Shown: positions 36,093 through 47,827 of the stretch, piece by piece
Layout of the letters: the number at the start of each line of letters is the position of its first letter
Position numbering within the stretch: the first letter of the stretch is position 1
Origin: Macrostomum hystrix
Taxonomy: Eukaryota > Animalia > Platyhelminthes
Assembly (NCBI GenBank): GCA_950097015.1
Contig: CATNEN010000003.1
Location: forward strand, 9,548,001 to 9,612,000
Length of the DNA stretch: 64,000 bases
Reading direction: 5' to 3'
Program-made: the position numbers and the translations under genes
Notes under the pieces: model-generated
Told to the model about the DNA's origin: nothing
What the model saw: the letters and a program-made list of their open reading frames with translations, nothing else
Databases searched by the model: none

Positions 36093-38233
36093 TCAATTTC
36101 CATTTGCCCCACGTGGCATATTGTCATAAAACGACACCTGCCTGTCAATGTCTAATTCTTGCGTGATATTGCTGACAGCCATTGACAATTCCATGATGCC
36201 CATCGGAGAGGCCATGGAATCATCGCCCAACGCGTCGCTACTCTCTGGAAGCGGTGTTCCTGCGTGCCTCTGTCCACCGCGGCACCAACGACGATAGAAC
36301 CAATCGGTTAGCAGGTAGAGCAGCTCGACTAGTTCGAAGGCGAACGTCACGGTGACTCCGATTGTGAGGCTGCCAAGGCCGCCTAGACGACTCCACAGAG
36401 CGCTGAGGCTAATTTGCAATTTCTCACGGCTGACCGTGGTGCGGTAGTTCAGTCTGGCCACCGTGACCAGAGCCATGTTTCGCAAAGCGCGCTCTTCAAG
36501 CAGTTTGATGTGGCTCAGCTCTGGCGCCTCCAGCACTGACTCGAAGTTGGCGAAGCGAAGCAGCTCTTCACGGGCAGAGGAATGCCTGATTAGAAAAGTG
36601 TTCCGTTTTTATCGATAAGTTTATATTTATAAAGTTTTGCAGGGGCCATAATTAGACGACAATCGACCCGCAGCCTAGAGTGAGGAACTAGCACACATGA
36701 CATACACGCATAGCTAGCTCTAGGAGTCCTTGGCACAGACACACTCGGTGCGCTCGCTGTACGCGCTACTCCATCCCCTCCTTATTTCTCAATATTTCTT
36801 TCCATCAAAAATACTCACGCGGGATAATTTTCCAAGAGACTAAGCGCCTGTTCAATTTGGCTCAGCCAGTGAAACTGGCACAGGGTCGGCTCCCAGTTAG
36901 AGGATGACATGTGGCTCTCGTATTCGTGATGAGAGCAGCGCTTGAGGCACTTCCGATGCCCGACGCCGTAGATCAGGTCGGTGAGGTTCAGTTGTCGGAC
37001 GCAGGCCAGTCGATCGATGAATTCCTGCGGCTCGCTCTCATTGTATAATCCGCAGAAGGGTGCCTTGCGATCCGGAAGGCGCGGTCGGAGGTGAAAAGCG
37101 GATACGCAGCCACACTGCGCTAGAATGTACTTGCCGATGAAGCTGCTGATGCAGGCGCTTCTCGTGTAGCTGTATTCTTTGTCAACATCTCGCACAATGA
37201 CGTCCGAATCGTTCTTGCATTCTTCAAGCTGTCTAGAGTCCTTCTCAAACCGAATGGTTCGATAGCGGATCAGCGTCGATGTTTGCATCTGCACGCTGAA
37301 GCTCTCCTCGTCTAGCTGCGGATAAGTGCCCGGCTCGTGTAGCACAATGCGAAACCCGGCACCCTGAGTGAAGATGTTGTACACGTGTTCCTCCATTGTT
37401 TTAGACTGCCGACCAGAAATACTGATATTGCCTTTATCCAGCTCTTTGAAGTTAACGTTGGACAGAACTAGAGATACGTCGCTAACGCTGCTAGATTTGT
37501 TCAACGGCAGCTCGAGAGTGTAGCAGGTAAAATAGTCGGGGTGCTGAATTTTTCGCGCCTGAAAGTGGCAGGGTTCGGCGTGAGACACGCTAGGATTGAC
37601 CTTAGAGCTGTGCCGCATGTTGCAGAAGGGCATCAGCTCCTCCAGCGTGTGCTCGATGGCATCCAGCTCCGTCCTATTCAGCCGCTGAAAGTAGGTTGAG
37701 ACCCGGTCGCTGTGGAACAATGTCCCGGCTTCGCTTAGCTGACCGCGCCGAATATAGTGCCCGATGCCTTGGCGCAGCTTGCGGGAAAACAACGCCGGAC
37801 TTGGAAACCGGCCTGAGGACCACACGCGGCTAGCTCCGGACGAGAACGGATAAACTGAGCACACTGTTATACTGGGAAAGTGAGTCGCCTCGTTAACTCG
37901 ATCCTCTATTTGATAGGTGGTGTGGTACTCAAAGTACTCTCTTAGTAGATCGTAGGAGCCGTACGACAGAATGGCCGTCATGCTCAACAGGTAGAAGAAC
38001 CAATGCAGCCGTAGCACTCTGTGCTGGCTGGAGTAGCATTTTCTGAAGCCGCGGAGCGATGTGTTCTCAATGAAAGTCTCATAGGCACATCTGATCACAC
38101 CGGAAGCCCGACCTACTTCATCTTCTTCTTCTGTGGGCCCTTGCTGATCTCGGTTTGATCGTCGAACTGAACTACGCTGTCCGAACTTTCCGTCCCAGTA
38201 GCCAACTCGCAGCTTTTTCCCTCTCTGTCGCAT
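36093..38233 (-). CDS. DEG/ENaC (ASIC/FaNaC superfamily) channel subunit, ~635 aa; exons 38233-36819 and 36585-36093
   Basis: FIENTSLRG pre-TM1; TM1 (RLHWFFYLLSMTAILSY); FPSITVC; CYT; GFRIVLHEPG; Cys-rich thumb (YTRSAC...CGC...CLKRC); TM2 LGGLGSLTIGVTVTFAFELVE; phase-2 GT-AG intron. Confidence 0.92.
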
Positions 38234-40588
38234 TTGTTGCGATAGTGACCATAAGGTCTGGTTGAGACCGTGGAACAAAAATGCTAGTTGCAAGCACAAT
38301 ATAACAGGTGAGCGTTGAAAATTGTTTTTGACAACCTCGATCTATAGCGTCCATCGCCTACAAATACAACAGTTTTATTGAAATATCCAGACCCTGTTGA
38401 ACGGTTTGGGTCACACTCCTTCATACTTTATTCATGACGATATTGGGGAATTGATACTTGAAATTGTTATAGTTTTATTGGGCGTCAGCTGGTAAGAATG
38501 GGAATCCAATTGTTAAAACCAATGCATGAAATATAAAGAATTGAGCGCATCTATGTACAGCTGCAGCCTGTTAATTAGTAGCTATTCCCTATTAGTTGTG
38601 TACGTTAATTGTATAGCCCCATGCATTTACAACTAAAGCGCATTACACACGTAAATATTATATTATGTATTCTATCATATAAATTTAATTAGTCTAAATT
38701 GATTTAACAATTCAAATTTGTTCCTTTAATGAGTCGATCATTGCCACTTAACATGAGTAATTTATATAAAGAAACATGAGCAGTTCTGTCTAAGCTTTAG
38801 TTGATGCGCGAATCTTTGAATTAATTGCATATACAGTATATAAGCGAGGTTGCGCAAAAGTCGTTAAAAGCCGTATTATAAAACCTGTTCTGCAGAAGAT
38901 GACTTATCTTATTTAAATACAATGTAGTTTTAGTTTAACGTATAAATTACCGCACCATGGCAACTATTTGTATGTCAGTATGTCTTTGCGAGATCTGCAG
39001 AGATGAGAAGACCACACGTCCGGTGGGTGCGGGCAGATATATCAAAATGTTAATTTGTAAATTGCATCGGATTTTTATTTTACGCAGGACCAGCTGTTAA
39101 AACCACAAATTAAATTAATTAGCTCTTGAATACTTCATTACTATTGCTTTTTAGCTGCTTTTCGGTTGTTTTGACAGATAAATAAAGCTCAACTGCTCAC
39201 AACTTGACAAGCATATTTACTCTGAACATGCAATATTTTATTGGCGTGCAGGCGATTCGGAAATGCATATCACTTTGAAATTCGTTATCAAGTAAATTAA
39301 ACGTTATATAACTGAAACATTCTACAAAAACAATGTGTCTTCAATTCTGTTCTGTATCGAATTACAAAAATGGTCAATTTCACGTGCGCGCACGGCAACA
39401 TATAAATATTTTGGACTGCCAAGCTTAATACAAAAAAGCCTAAAGACGGCAACAATTCAGAAAAAAACTACGAATTTGGGCAAACCTTTTTGAAGGTTTC
39501 ATTAGTTATTTGTCATTAGTTAGTTGATATTCAGTCGTTTAGTAGTTATTCTATTTTTGCCCGTGCTAAAACAATAAAATATCAAAGTTATCGAGTTGAA
39601 GAAACTCGATAACTAACAGCTTAATAGTTTAATGCCCACAGGCTTTTTGGCCAATAAGTTCTGTTTTCACAAAGTTTTTATTTGAACTTTAAAGGGCTTT
39701 TGGGCATATTTTTTCTTTTAAACACGGTTATGTTTTAATTTGATAAAAGATTATTTTAATTTAAAATACATAATTTCAGAGAAACGCTCGCTCGTTGTCC
39801 TTAACTGTGGTTTGTCAACTAGCTTGGCAATACTTAAGTATGGCTAACTAGTACAGACAATGAAGATTACATAGTGAATAGACAGTGAAAAAAATCCACA
39901 CGCGTCGCACGTGTGGACGCGTCGCACAAAAGTTATATTTTTACTGATAGCTATTCGTCTGATTTTGTTCGCTCTATAAAATTTAAAGGTAGTCAATTCA
40001 GTCAATTAAAATTAAATAAACTATTTAAATTTAATACACAGACCTAGTCCAAGTCAAGTGATTGTGGGACAAAGTTGTGTGACTTTAATTTTTATCGCTA
40101 GGCTATTATAAGACTTTGTTACATCACACTACATTTTGTAGACTAGCTAGTTTTTATATGGAATAATCCTGGTGTGTAATTTTCATAATTTTACTCAAGT
40201 ATGTGATTTAATACGAGAATACGAAGTACATAAAAGCTATACTACATTACTTTACTATTGAGTCATTGACATTTAAAGCTAAACCCACTTGGCCTACTAA
40301 ATGGGCTTATGTTTTCATTTCCATCTGCTTCGTTCTTACAGTTAGAAAATGAAATTTAGTCTTATAATATTTAGCCAAAATGTATTTTGTGTTTTTTACA
40401 TAACAATTAATTGTTTTGTTTCTTTATAAAAAATTATCAACTACTAGCTAGCTTGTATACAGTCATGTCATTTAGCAATGTAATCAAATTAAGTTAAATT
40501 AATAATATATGTATTTTTATTACATACAAACCATGAATAATGTGTTATAGATGACTTTCATGACTTTTTTAATCTCTATTTTCAGAAT

Positions 40589-43500
40589 ATGCTTCAAGCC
40601 AAACAGGCATTAAAAGTTACTAGACTTTGCGAACTTATTCAAAGATCTGTTCATAATGAAAGCATATTTCAGGGTGCAAAGCATGGCTCTTTTTATCAGC
40701 AACCAGTTGCAGTAGCCAACCCATTTGATAAGGATCCATTTATGCAGAGATTTGTACAATTGGCATTTGGAAATAAGGTGATTTGATTTTTTTTGCTTTT
40801 ATTTTATTTTAAAATTCGTTCTACTAGTTTCTTCCACTGTGCAACCAGCAGTTGCCTAAAATTTTAAATATCCATTATTTTTTGCATCTAGCCAGAGGAA
40901 CTAACAGCCGTCCAGTCTGACCTAAGTCGGCTTGGCAACCGCATAGCAACCGATATTCACGAGTTGGCCTTGGAGTGCGAGCGGCAGCAGCCAACACTGG
41001 AACAGTTCGACTGCTGGGGCAACCGAGTGGATCGCATTCACACTTCCCACGCTTGGAAGGCTATGAAGAATTTTTCGGCCAAGCAAGGCTTAATAGCAAT
41101 TGCCTATCCCGACCATAGCAACGGACACAGTGGAGTCGTTAGCAACGCCAGGTTGCACCAGATGTTGAAGAATCTGCTCTACGCACCGTCGAGCGGTTTA
41201 TACGGCTGTCCGCTGGCCATGACTGACGGCGCTGCCAAGACTCTGCTTCTGTTGAAGAGGCTGAGCGGCTCTGGCGCACTGACAGACAGCCTCGCTGAGG
41301 CTTATGAACGGTGCGCTATGGGAGAATATTGTATATGGAATTTAAGGCAGTAAGGCGGAATCAGGATTTCTGGAAATAGAATAATTAAAGCTAGGTGCAA
41401 GAAAGAATAAAACTGGGATTATCTTAAATTGGGGACTAACCCATTAAGAAGTACAATCAGATGTTCAGTTACAGTTTTAGAGGGTAGAAAAAAGTTTCCA
41501 AAAACTTTGCGTTAATCCAGACTGACCACTCGCGATCCGGATCGATTCTGGACCTCTGGCCAGTGGATGACTGAGCGAGGCGGCGGATCTGATGTCGGCG
41601 GCGGCACCGAGACGGTGGCCGTGGCACAGCCTGACGGCTCATATCGGTTTGCGCCAAATTATTGAGTGCCGAGACGTCAGGGAATAACCCGCACCCTGAA
41701 CTATTGGATGGTAGAATAACCCGCACCCTGAACTATTGGATGGTAGAATAACCCGCACCCTGAACTATTGGATGGTAGAATAACCCGCACCCTGAACTAT
41801 TGGATGGTAGAATAACCCGCACCCTGAACTATTGGATGGTAGAATAACCCACACCCTGAACTATTGGATGGTAGAATAACCCACACCATGAACTATTGGA
41901 TGGTAGAATAACCCGCACCCTGAACTATTGGATGGTGGAATAACCCACACCCTGAACTATTGGATGGTAGAATAACCCACACCCTGAACTATTGGATGGT
42001 AGAATAACCCGCACCCTGAACTATTGGATGGTAGAATAACCCGCACCCTGAACTATTGGATGGTAGAATAACCCGCACCCTGAACTATTGGATGGTAGAA
42101 TAACCCGCACCCTGAACTATTGGATGGTAGAATAACCCGCACCCTGAACTATTGGATGGTAGAATAACCCGCACCCTGAACTATTGGATGGTAGAATAAC
42201 CCGCACCCTGAACTCTTGGATGGTAGAATAACCCGCACCCTGAACTATTGGATGGTAGAATAACCCGCACCCTGAACTATTGGATGGTAGAATAACCCGC
42301 ACCCTGAACTATTGGATGGTAGAATAACCCGCACCCTGAACTATTGGATGGTAGAATAACCCACACCCTGAACTATTGGATGGTAGAATAACCCGCACCC
42401 TGAACTATTGGATGGTAGAATAACCCGCACCCTGAACTATTGGATGGTAGAATAACCCGCACCCTGAACTATTGGATGGTGGAATAACCCACACCCTGAA
42501 CTATTGGATGGTAGAATAACCCACACCCTGAACTATTGGATGGTAGAATAACCCGCACCCTGAACTATTGGATGGTAGAATAACCCGCACCCTGAACTAT
42601 TGGATGGTAGAATAACCCGCACCCTGAACTATTGGATGGTAGAATAACCCGCACCCTGAACTATTGGATGGTAGAATAACCCGCACCCTGAACTATTGGA
42701 TGGTAGAATAACCCGCACCCTGAACTATTGGATGGTAGAATAACCCGCACCCTGAACTATTGGATGGTAGAAAAACCTACACCCTGAACATTCAGTTAGT
42801 AGAATAACCCACACCCTGAACATTCAGTTAGTAGAATAACCCACACCCTGAACATTCAGTTAGTAGAATAACCCACACCCTGAACATTCAGTTAGTAGAA
42901 CAACCCACACCCTGAACATTCAGTTAGTAGAATAACCCACACCCTGAACATTCAGTTAGTAGAATAACCCACACCCTGAACATTCAGTTAGTAGAATAAC
43001 CCACACCCTGAACATTCAGTTAGTAGAATAACCCACACCCTGAACATTCAGTTAGTAGAATAACCCACACCCTGAACATTCAGTTAGTAGAATAACCCAC
43101 ACCCTGAACATTCAGTTAGTAGAATAACCCACACCCTGAACATTCAGTTAGTAGAATAACCCACACCCTGAACATTCAGTTAGTAGAATAACCCACACCC
43201 TGAACATTCAGTTAGTAGAACAACCCACACCCTGAACATTCAGTTAGTAGAACAACCCACACCCTGAACATTCAGTTAGTAGAATAACCCACACCCTGAA
43301 CATTCAGTTAGTAGAATAACCCACACCCTGAACATTCAGTTAGTAGAATAACCCACACCCTGAACATTATCAGGCTTCACGGCTTCAAGTGGTTTAGTTC
43401 GGCCACAGACTCGGACATGTCGCTGGCCCTGGCTCGAGTTGTGCCTTCAGACGGCCGCCCACCACTGACCGGAAGTCGGGGTCTGAGTCTGTTCTTCGTG

Positions 43501-45601
43501 CCAGTTCGCGATCCCAACGATGCCCGAGTACTGAAAGGTATCCAGGTAGTGCGACTGAAAAACAAGCTGGGAACTAGGCAACTGCCAACTGCCGAGTTGC
43601 TTCTAGACGGTTGTCGAGCTCACCTGATTGGTCAGGTAGGTCGAGGCGTGGCCGAAATTTCCACAATGCTGCAGCTGACGAGGCTGCACAATGCTGTTCA
43701 CGCGGCTGGCGCACTCAGACGATTCAGCCAGCTGTGTCGGGATCACGCGAGGTGGGACATTGCTTCCTGTCTGCTAGATATACCTGCTTCTGTTCTATAA
43801 TCCCTCCACTCTCTGAAGATTAACTGCTTATCAATCTCATCCATAATCCAAGATTTGCGTTTGAAGTTCCACTAAATTCACTCCCAAGATCCACGATTTA
43901 ATCCTACCTTTTATCCCTCCCAGGAGCCGTTATTTAATCCCAAATATAATCCCTGCTTTGTCCTTTAATCCCACCTGTAAACCCTTCTTAGAAACGTCCT
44001 TTAATCCCATCTATAATCCCTTCTTACTTACGTCCTTTAATCCCACCTATAATCCCTTCTTAGATATGTCCTTTAATCCCACCTATAATCCTTTCCTAGA
44101 TCAGTCATTTAATCCTACCTATAATGCTTCCTAAGAACCGCCATTGAATCAACCTTGAAATACCTCCCAAGATACTTCTTACCCTCCACTGAAAACTTCA
44201 TCAACGTTTTTGCAGACAACGCCGCGCTTTCGGCCATAGAATCTCTGATTATCCGTTGCACGTTCGAGGCCTAGCGGAACTAGAAGTGCATTCCCGTGCT
44301 GCATGCCTGTTCGCTATGAACTACGCGGCCAGGCTGGGTCGAACTGAGTCGACAAAGTCGCAGTTGGAAGCCAGCGAAGACGATCGTCAACTGGTTCGCC
44401 TGCTGTCGCCGTTGTTGAAATTGTTCACGGCTAAACAGGCTGTTCGACAGGCTCAGGTAAAATTGAAGCCGCGGGCGTTCAAAGTAAAAATTATATCAAA
44501 TACCCGCTGCACACTTCACGACAGCTCCCAAACTAAATGACCGATTTTTTTGTAAAAGTCCACAATATGCATAAAAATGTTCTTCCCTATACAATAAACT
44601 TTCAAAGCCGGCCGACGTCAGCATCGTCGAGATTTTCAGCGATTGTTGTCAAAGACCCTGGTGACAAGGACAACTATCATTTCTCTGTATAAACGTCTAT
44701 ACCGAATCCATATTGGTTTAATAATATAACAATACACAAAATAATTAACAATTATAGCCTAAATTAAGCCGTAAGTACGTCCAGTGGCAGAGCCGCAGCT
44801 ATTGCACGGCGCATCTGAAGGCTGCGTACGGCTTTTCAGTCCATGGACTGGTGGGACGCCACACTCAACCTCAGCTACCCCAGCTGACGCTGGTACCCAG
44901 TTAATGCTCATGCTAAAGAACACAAATTGTTTCACTGAAGTCAAGAATCGAACCCCCGACCTTCAAGTCGTGAGTCCGACACTCTAACCACTAGGCTACA
45001 ACACCCTAGGCTAGTAGCTAAATATAAGTAACAATATCCCTTATTTTTTGTCCTCTAAAATCAGGAAGCTATGGAAATGTTCGGCGGAGTTGGCTACATC
45101 GAGGATAGCGGCATTCCGGCAATGCTGCGCGACGCCAACGTCCTGCCAATCTGGGAGGGCACCACGAATGTGCTCAGCCTCGATCTGCTTCGGGCTCTGA
45201 AAAAATCTCGAGGCGCCGCTTTGCCAGCATTCCGGCGCAGCGTTGAAGCCGCCTGCTCAGACGCCTCCAACGCGCCGGACGGGTTGAACCTAGCCCCGGC
45301 TGCTGATCGTCTCCTAGCGTCGACTAATCGTGTTTTAGAAGCTGCCTCCGAATCATCGGCCGATCAGTTGACTCACGCTGCTCGCGAGTTCGCCTACTCG
45401 CTCAGTCGGCTGCACTCGGGCGCGGAACTCCTGGCATTCGCCGCTGCCACCGGACATCCGGCCGATGCTGCTGCTGCTAGGCGTTGGTGCCTAGCTGGCG
45501 ATTTGGATCAGTTTGCTAGAATTGTGGCTAGTAACGAGGCCGGCAAAACTGATCTCCTATCTGCCGAGGAAGAGCGTCGTGTTGTTTACGAAGATTCGTA
45601 A
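40589..45601 (+). CDS. Acyl-CoA dehydrogenase, AidB/ACDH-11 type, ~629 aa; exons 40589-40777, 40892-41310, 41521-41646, 43374-43751, 44216-44456, 45065-45601
   Basis: CPLAMTDGAA; WTSGQWMTERGGGSDV; LHGFKWFSSA; RLKNKLGTRQLPTAEL; RRAFG; FGGVGYIED...RDANVLPIWEGTTNVLSLD (catalytic Glu retained). Phases consistent; 1890 nt. Confidence 0.95.
41680..43370. repeat. Intronic minisatellite, 32-bp units in two homogeneous blocks (switch at ~42770)
   Basis: Block 1: GAATAACCCGCACCCTGAACTATTGGATGGTA. Block 2: GAATAACCCACACCCTGAACATTCAGTTAGTA. Confidence 0.97.
43890..44150. repeat. Degenerate ~36-bp intronic minisatellite (TTTAATCCCACCTATAATCCC...)
   Basis: TTAATCCCA recurs at 44001, 44037 and 44073. Confidence 0.75.
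44465..44675 (-). mobile_element. Dispersed ~220-bp repeat (non-autonomous element), homologous to 56494-56725
   Basis: Reverse complement shares AGGGTCTT.GA.AAC.ATCGCTGAA.ATCTCGACGATGCTGACGTCGG...TTGAAAGTT...AAAATCGGT...GTTTGGGAG.T.TCGTGAAGT. Confidence 0.75.
44770..45006 (-). mobile_element. tRNA-derived SINE, family B
   Basis: Reverse complement: A-box TAGCCTAGTGG, B-box GGTTCGATTCT; 3' body shared with 23005-23275. Confidence 0.82.
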
Positions 45602-45873
45602 CCATTTATTTAATATTTTTATTTTTTAATTTTAATTATGACGCAATTTTCCATGCTATTTGAACGATTTTACCTTAAATATTCTTTACTTTCCTACTTA
45701 TAGTAGGTTTAGTGAAAGAGACCCGAAAAATAGATTGTTACGTCATCATATTTTTTTTGTCTGTTTGAATAACGTTTTATCTATCCACTATAATATGTTT
45801 CATCTTGTCTTTCAATTTTTTAGGTACTTAATTGTCTCGAATGTTTGAATAAACTTTGTATTTTGTACAACAA

Positions 45874-45942
45874 GGAGCTTGTAGCTCAGTGTTGAAGATG
45901 TTTGAACATTTGGCCAAGAGGTCGGGGGTTCGAATTTCAGCT
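45874..45942 (+). pseudogene. Degenerate tRNA-like sequence or isolated SINE head
   Basis: A-box TAGCTCAGTG and B-box GGTTCGAAT, but the anticodon and acceptor stems do not pair well. Confidence 0.5.
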
Positions 45943-46349
45943 TATAAGGTTTGCAAAATATGACAAATTTTAAATAGCAAGTAAACCTTACTACTAATAG
46001 TACAGATATATGCGTTGAGTTTAAATTTTTTTCTAAATTACAGGCTTTGGTAATAGAAAAGCCTAAAGCTTTTTATTGCCTAAATATTTAGCCATTGGTA
46101 AAACCACAAATTCAATTTCAATTACTTACTTGAATTTTAATTCTAAACCATGACTTTTAATGTGCTAATTTAAACAAATAAATTGAAAAGTAATGACAGG
46201 GTTATTTTAACTTTTTAAGTTCAGATATTTACTGAAGCCATTGAAAGTAAGTTTAGTATTTTAGTTAATCAGTTTTTTGTCCTGAAATACTAATTAAATA
46301 CTTAAAAAATATTTTAATACTAAAAATATTAAATATTAAAAATATTAAC

Positions 46350-47305
46350 TGTACCGCCTTTTAATTCACCCGTAAACCGCCCTCCAATTCACCCGTGAAC
46401 CGCCCTCCAATTCACCCGTGAACCGCCCTCCAGTTGACCTGTGAACCGCCCTCCAATTCACTCGTGAACCGCCCTCCAATTCACCCGTGAACCGCCCTCC
46501 AGTTGACCCGTGAACCGCCCTCCAATTCACCCGTGAACCGCCCTATAATTCACCCGTGAAACGCCCTCCAATTCACCCGTGAACCGCCCTCCAATACACC
46601 CGTGAACCGCCCTCCAATTCACCCGTGAACCGCCCTCCAATTCACCCGTGAACCGCCCTCCAATTCACCCGTGAACCGCCCTCCAGTTGACCCGTGAACC
46701 GCCCTCCAATTCACCCGTGAACCGCCCTCCAATTCACCCGTGAACCGCCCTCCAGTTGACCCGTGAACCGCCCTCCAATTCACCCGTGAACCGCCCTCCA
46801 GTTGACCCGTGAACCGCCCTCCAATTCACCCGTGAACCGCCCTCCAGTTGACCCGTGAACCGCCCTCCAATACACCCGTGAACCGCCCTCCAATTCACCC
46901 GTGAACCGCCCTCCAGTTGACCCGTGAACCGCCCTCCAGTTGACCCGTGAACCGCCCTCCAATTGACCCGTGAACCGCCCTCCAATTCACCCGTGAACCG
47001 CCCTCCAATTCACCCGTGAACCGCCCTCCAATTCACCCGTGAACCGCCCTCCAATTCACCCGTGAACCGCCCTCCAATTCACCCGTGAACCGCCCTCCAA
47101 TTCACCCGTGAACCGCCCTCCAATTCACCCGTGAACCGCCCTCCAATTCACCCGTGAACCGCCCTCCAGTTGACCCGTGAACCGCCCTCCAATTCACCCG
47201 TGAACCGCCCTCCAATTCACCCGTGAACCGCCCTCCAGTTGACCCGTGAAGTGCCCACCAGTTTACGTGAACCGCCCCCGATTCACCGGTAAACGGCCCT
47301 AACCC
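46350..47305. repeat. 23-bp minisatellite (TCACCCGTGAACCGCCCTCCAAT)
   Basis: Direct tandem repetition with AATTC/AGTTG variants. Confidence 0.96.
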
Positions 47306-47827
47306 ACCAAAAACCGCCATTACCATCCCATCTACAATCGTGACTCAAACGCCTAAAATTGTAAGCAACAACACAAAAGGCAGTGCTAGTATTTTGCCAC
47401 AAAAAAACAAGGCATGTCGCAGTGGTTTTTTTACCTTGAGGTTGAATAAGGCAAATAATACAGTATTTAGATAGATGCGCGTATCAACAATTCACCTAAC
47501 TTTGCATTGTGCAGATTTTTCTTTGAAACTCCGGTCAAGAGCTAGCAAAGATACTAATTTTGGCATCTAGAAAAGCATTGGAGCAATATTTGACGGAGGC
47601 TTACCGCGAGATTTTTCTACTCGAAATTTATTATACTCAACTCGCCTGTCTTTCGGCATTCTCAAAAAAGCTCTATCATCATTATCATGTGACTTGTGTG
47701 GGAACTTTTAATGTGGCTTGAGCAGTGTTTGGTGTGTGTGGGCTGTGCTATTTTTAGAAACAACCTACTCAAACTCGTGTTTGATAAAGGCGTTAACATC
47801 ACATGATCTATCATTTACCAGTGTAAT

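Noticed and set aside
40589-45601. Bacterial contamination or recent HGT of an AidB-like dehydrogenase
   Set aside because: The gene has five spliceosomal introns, and this subfamily is already known in animals (for example nematode ACDH-11).
45874-45942. Functional tRNA gene (also the tRNA-like heads at 34754 and 44940-45006)
   Set aside because: No complete cloverleaf; the other heads continue into SINE bodies.
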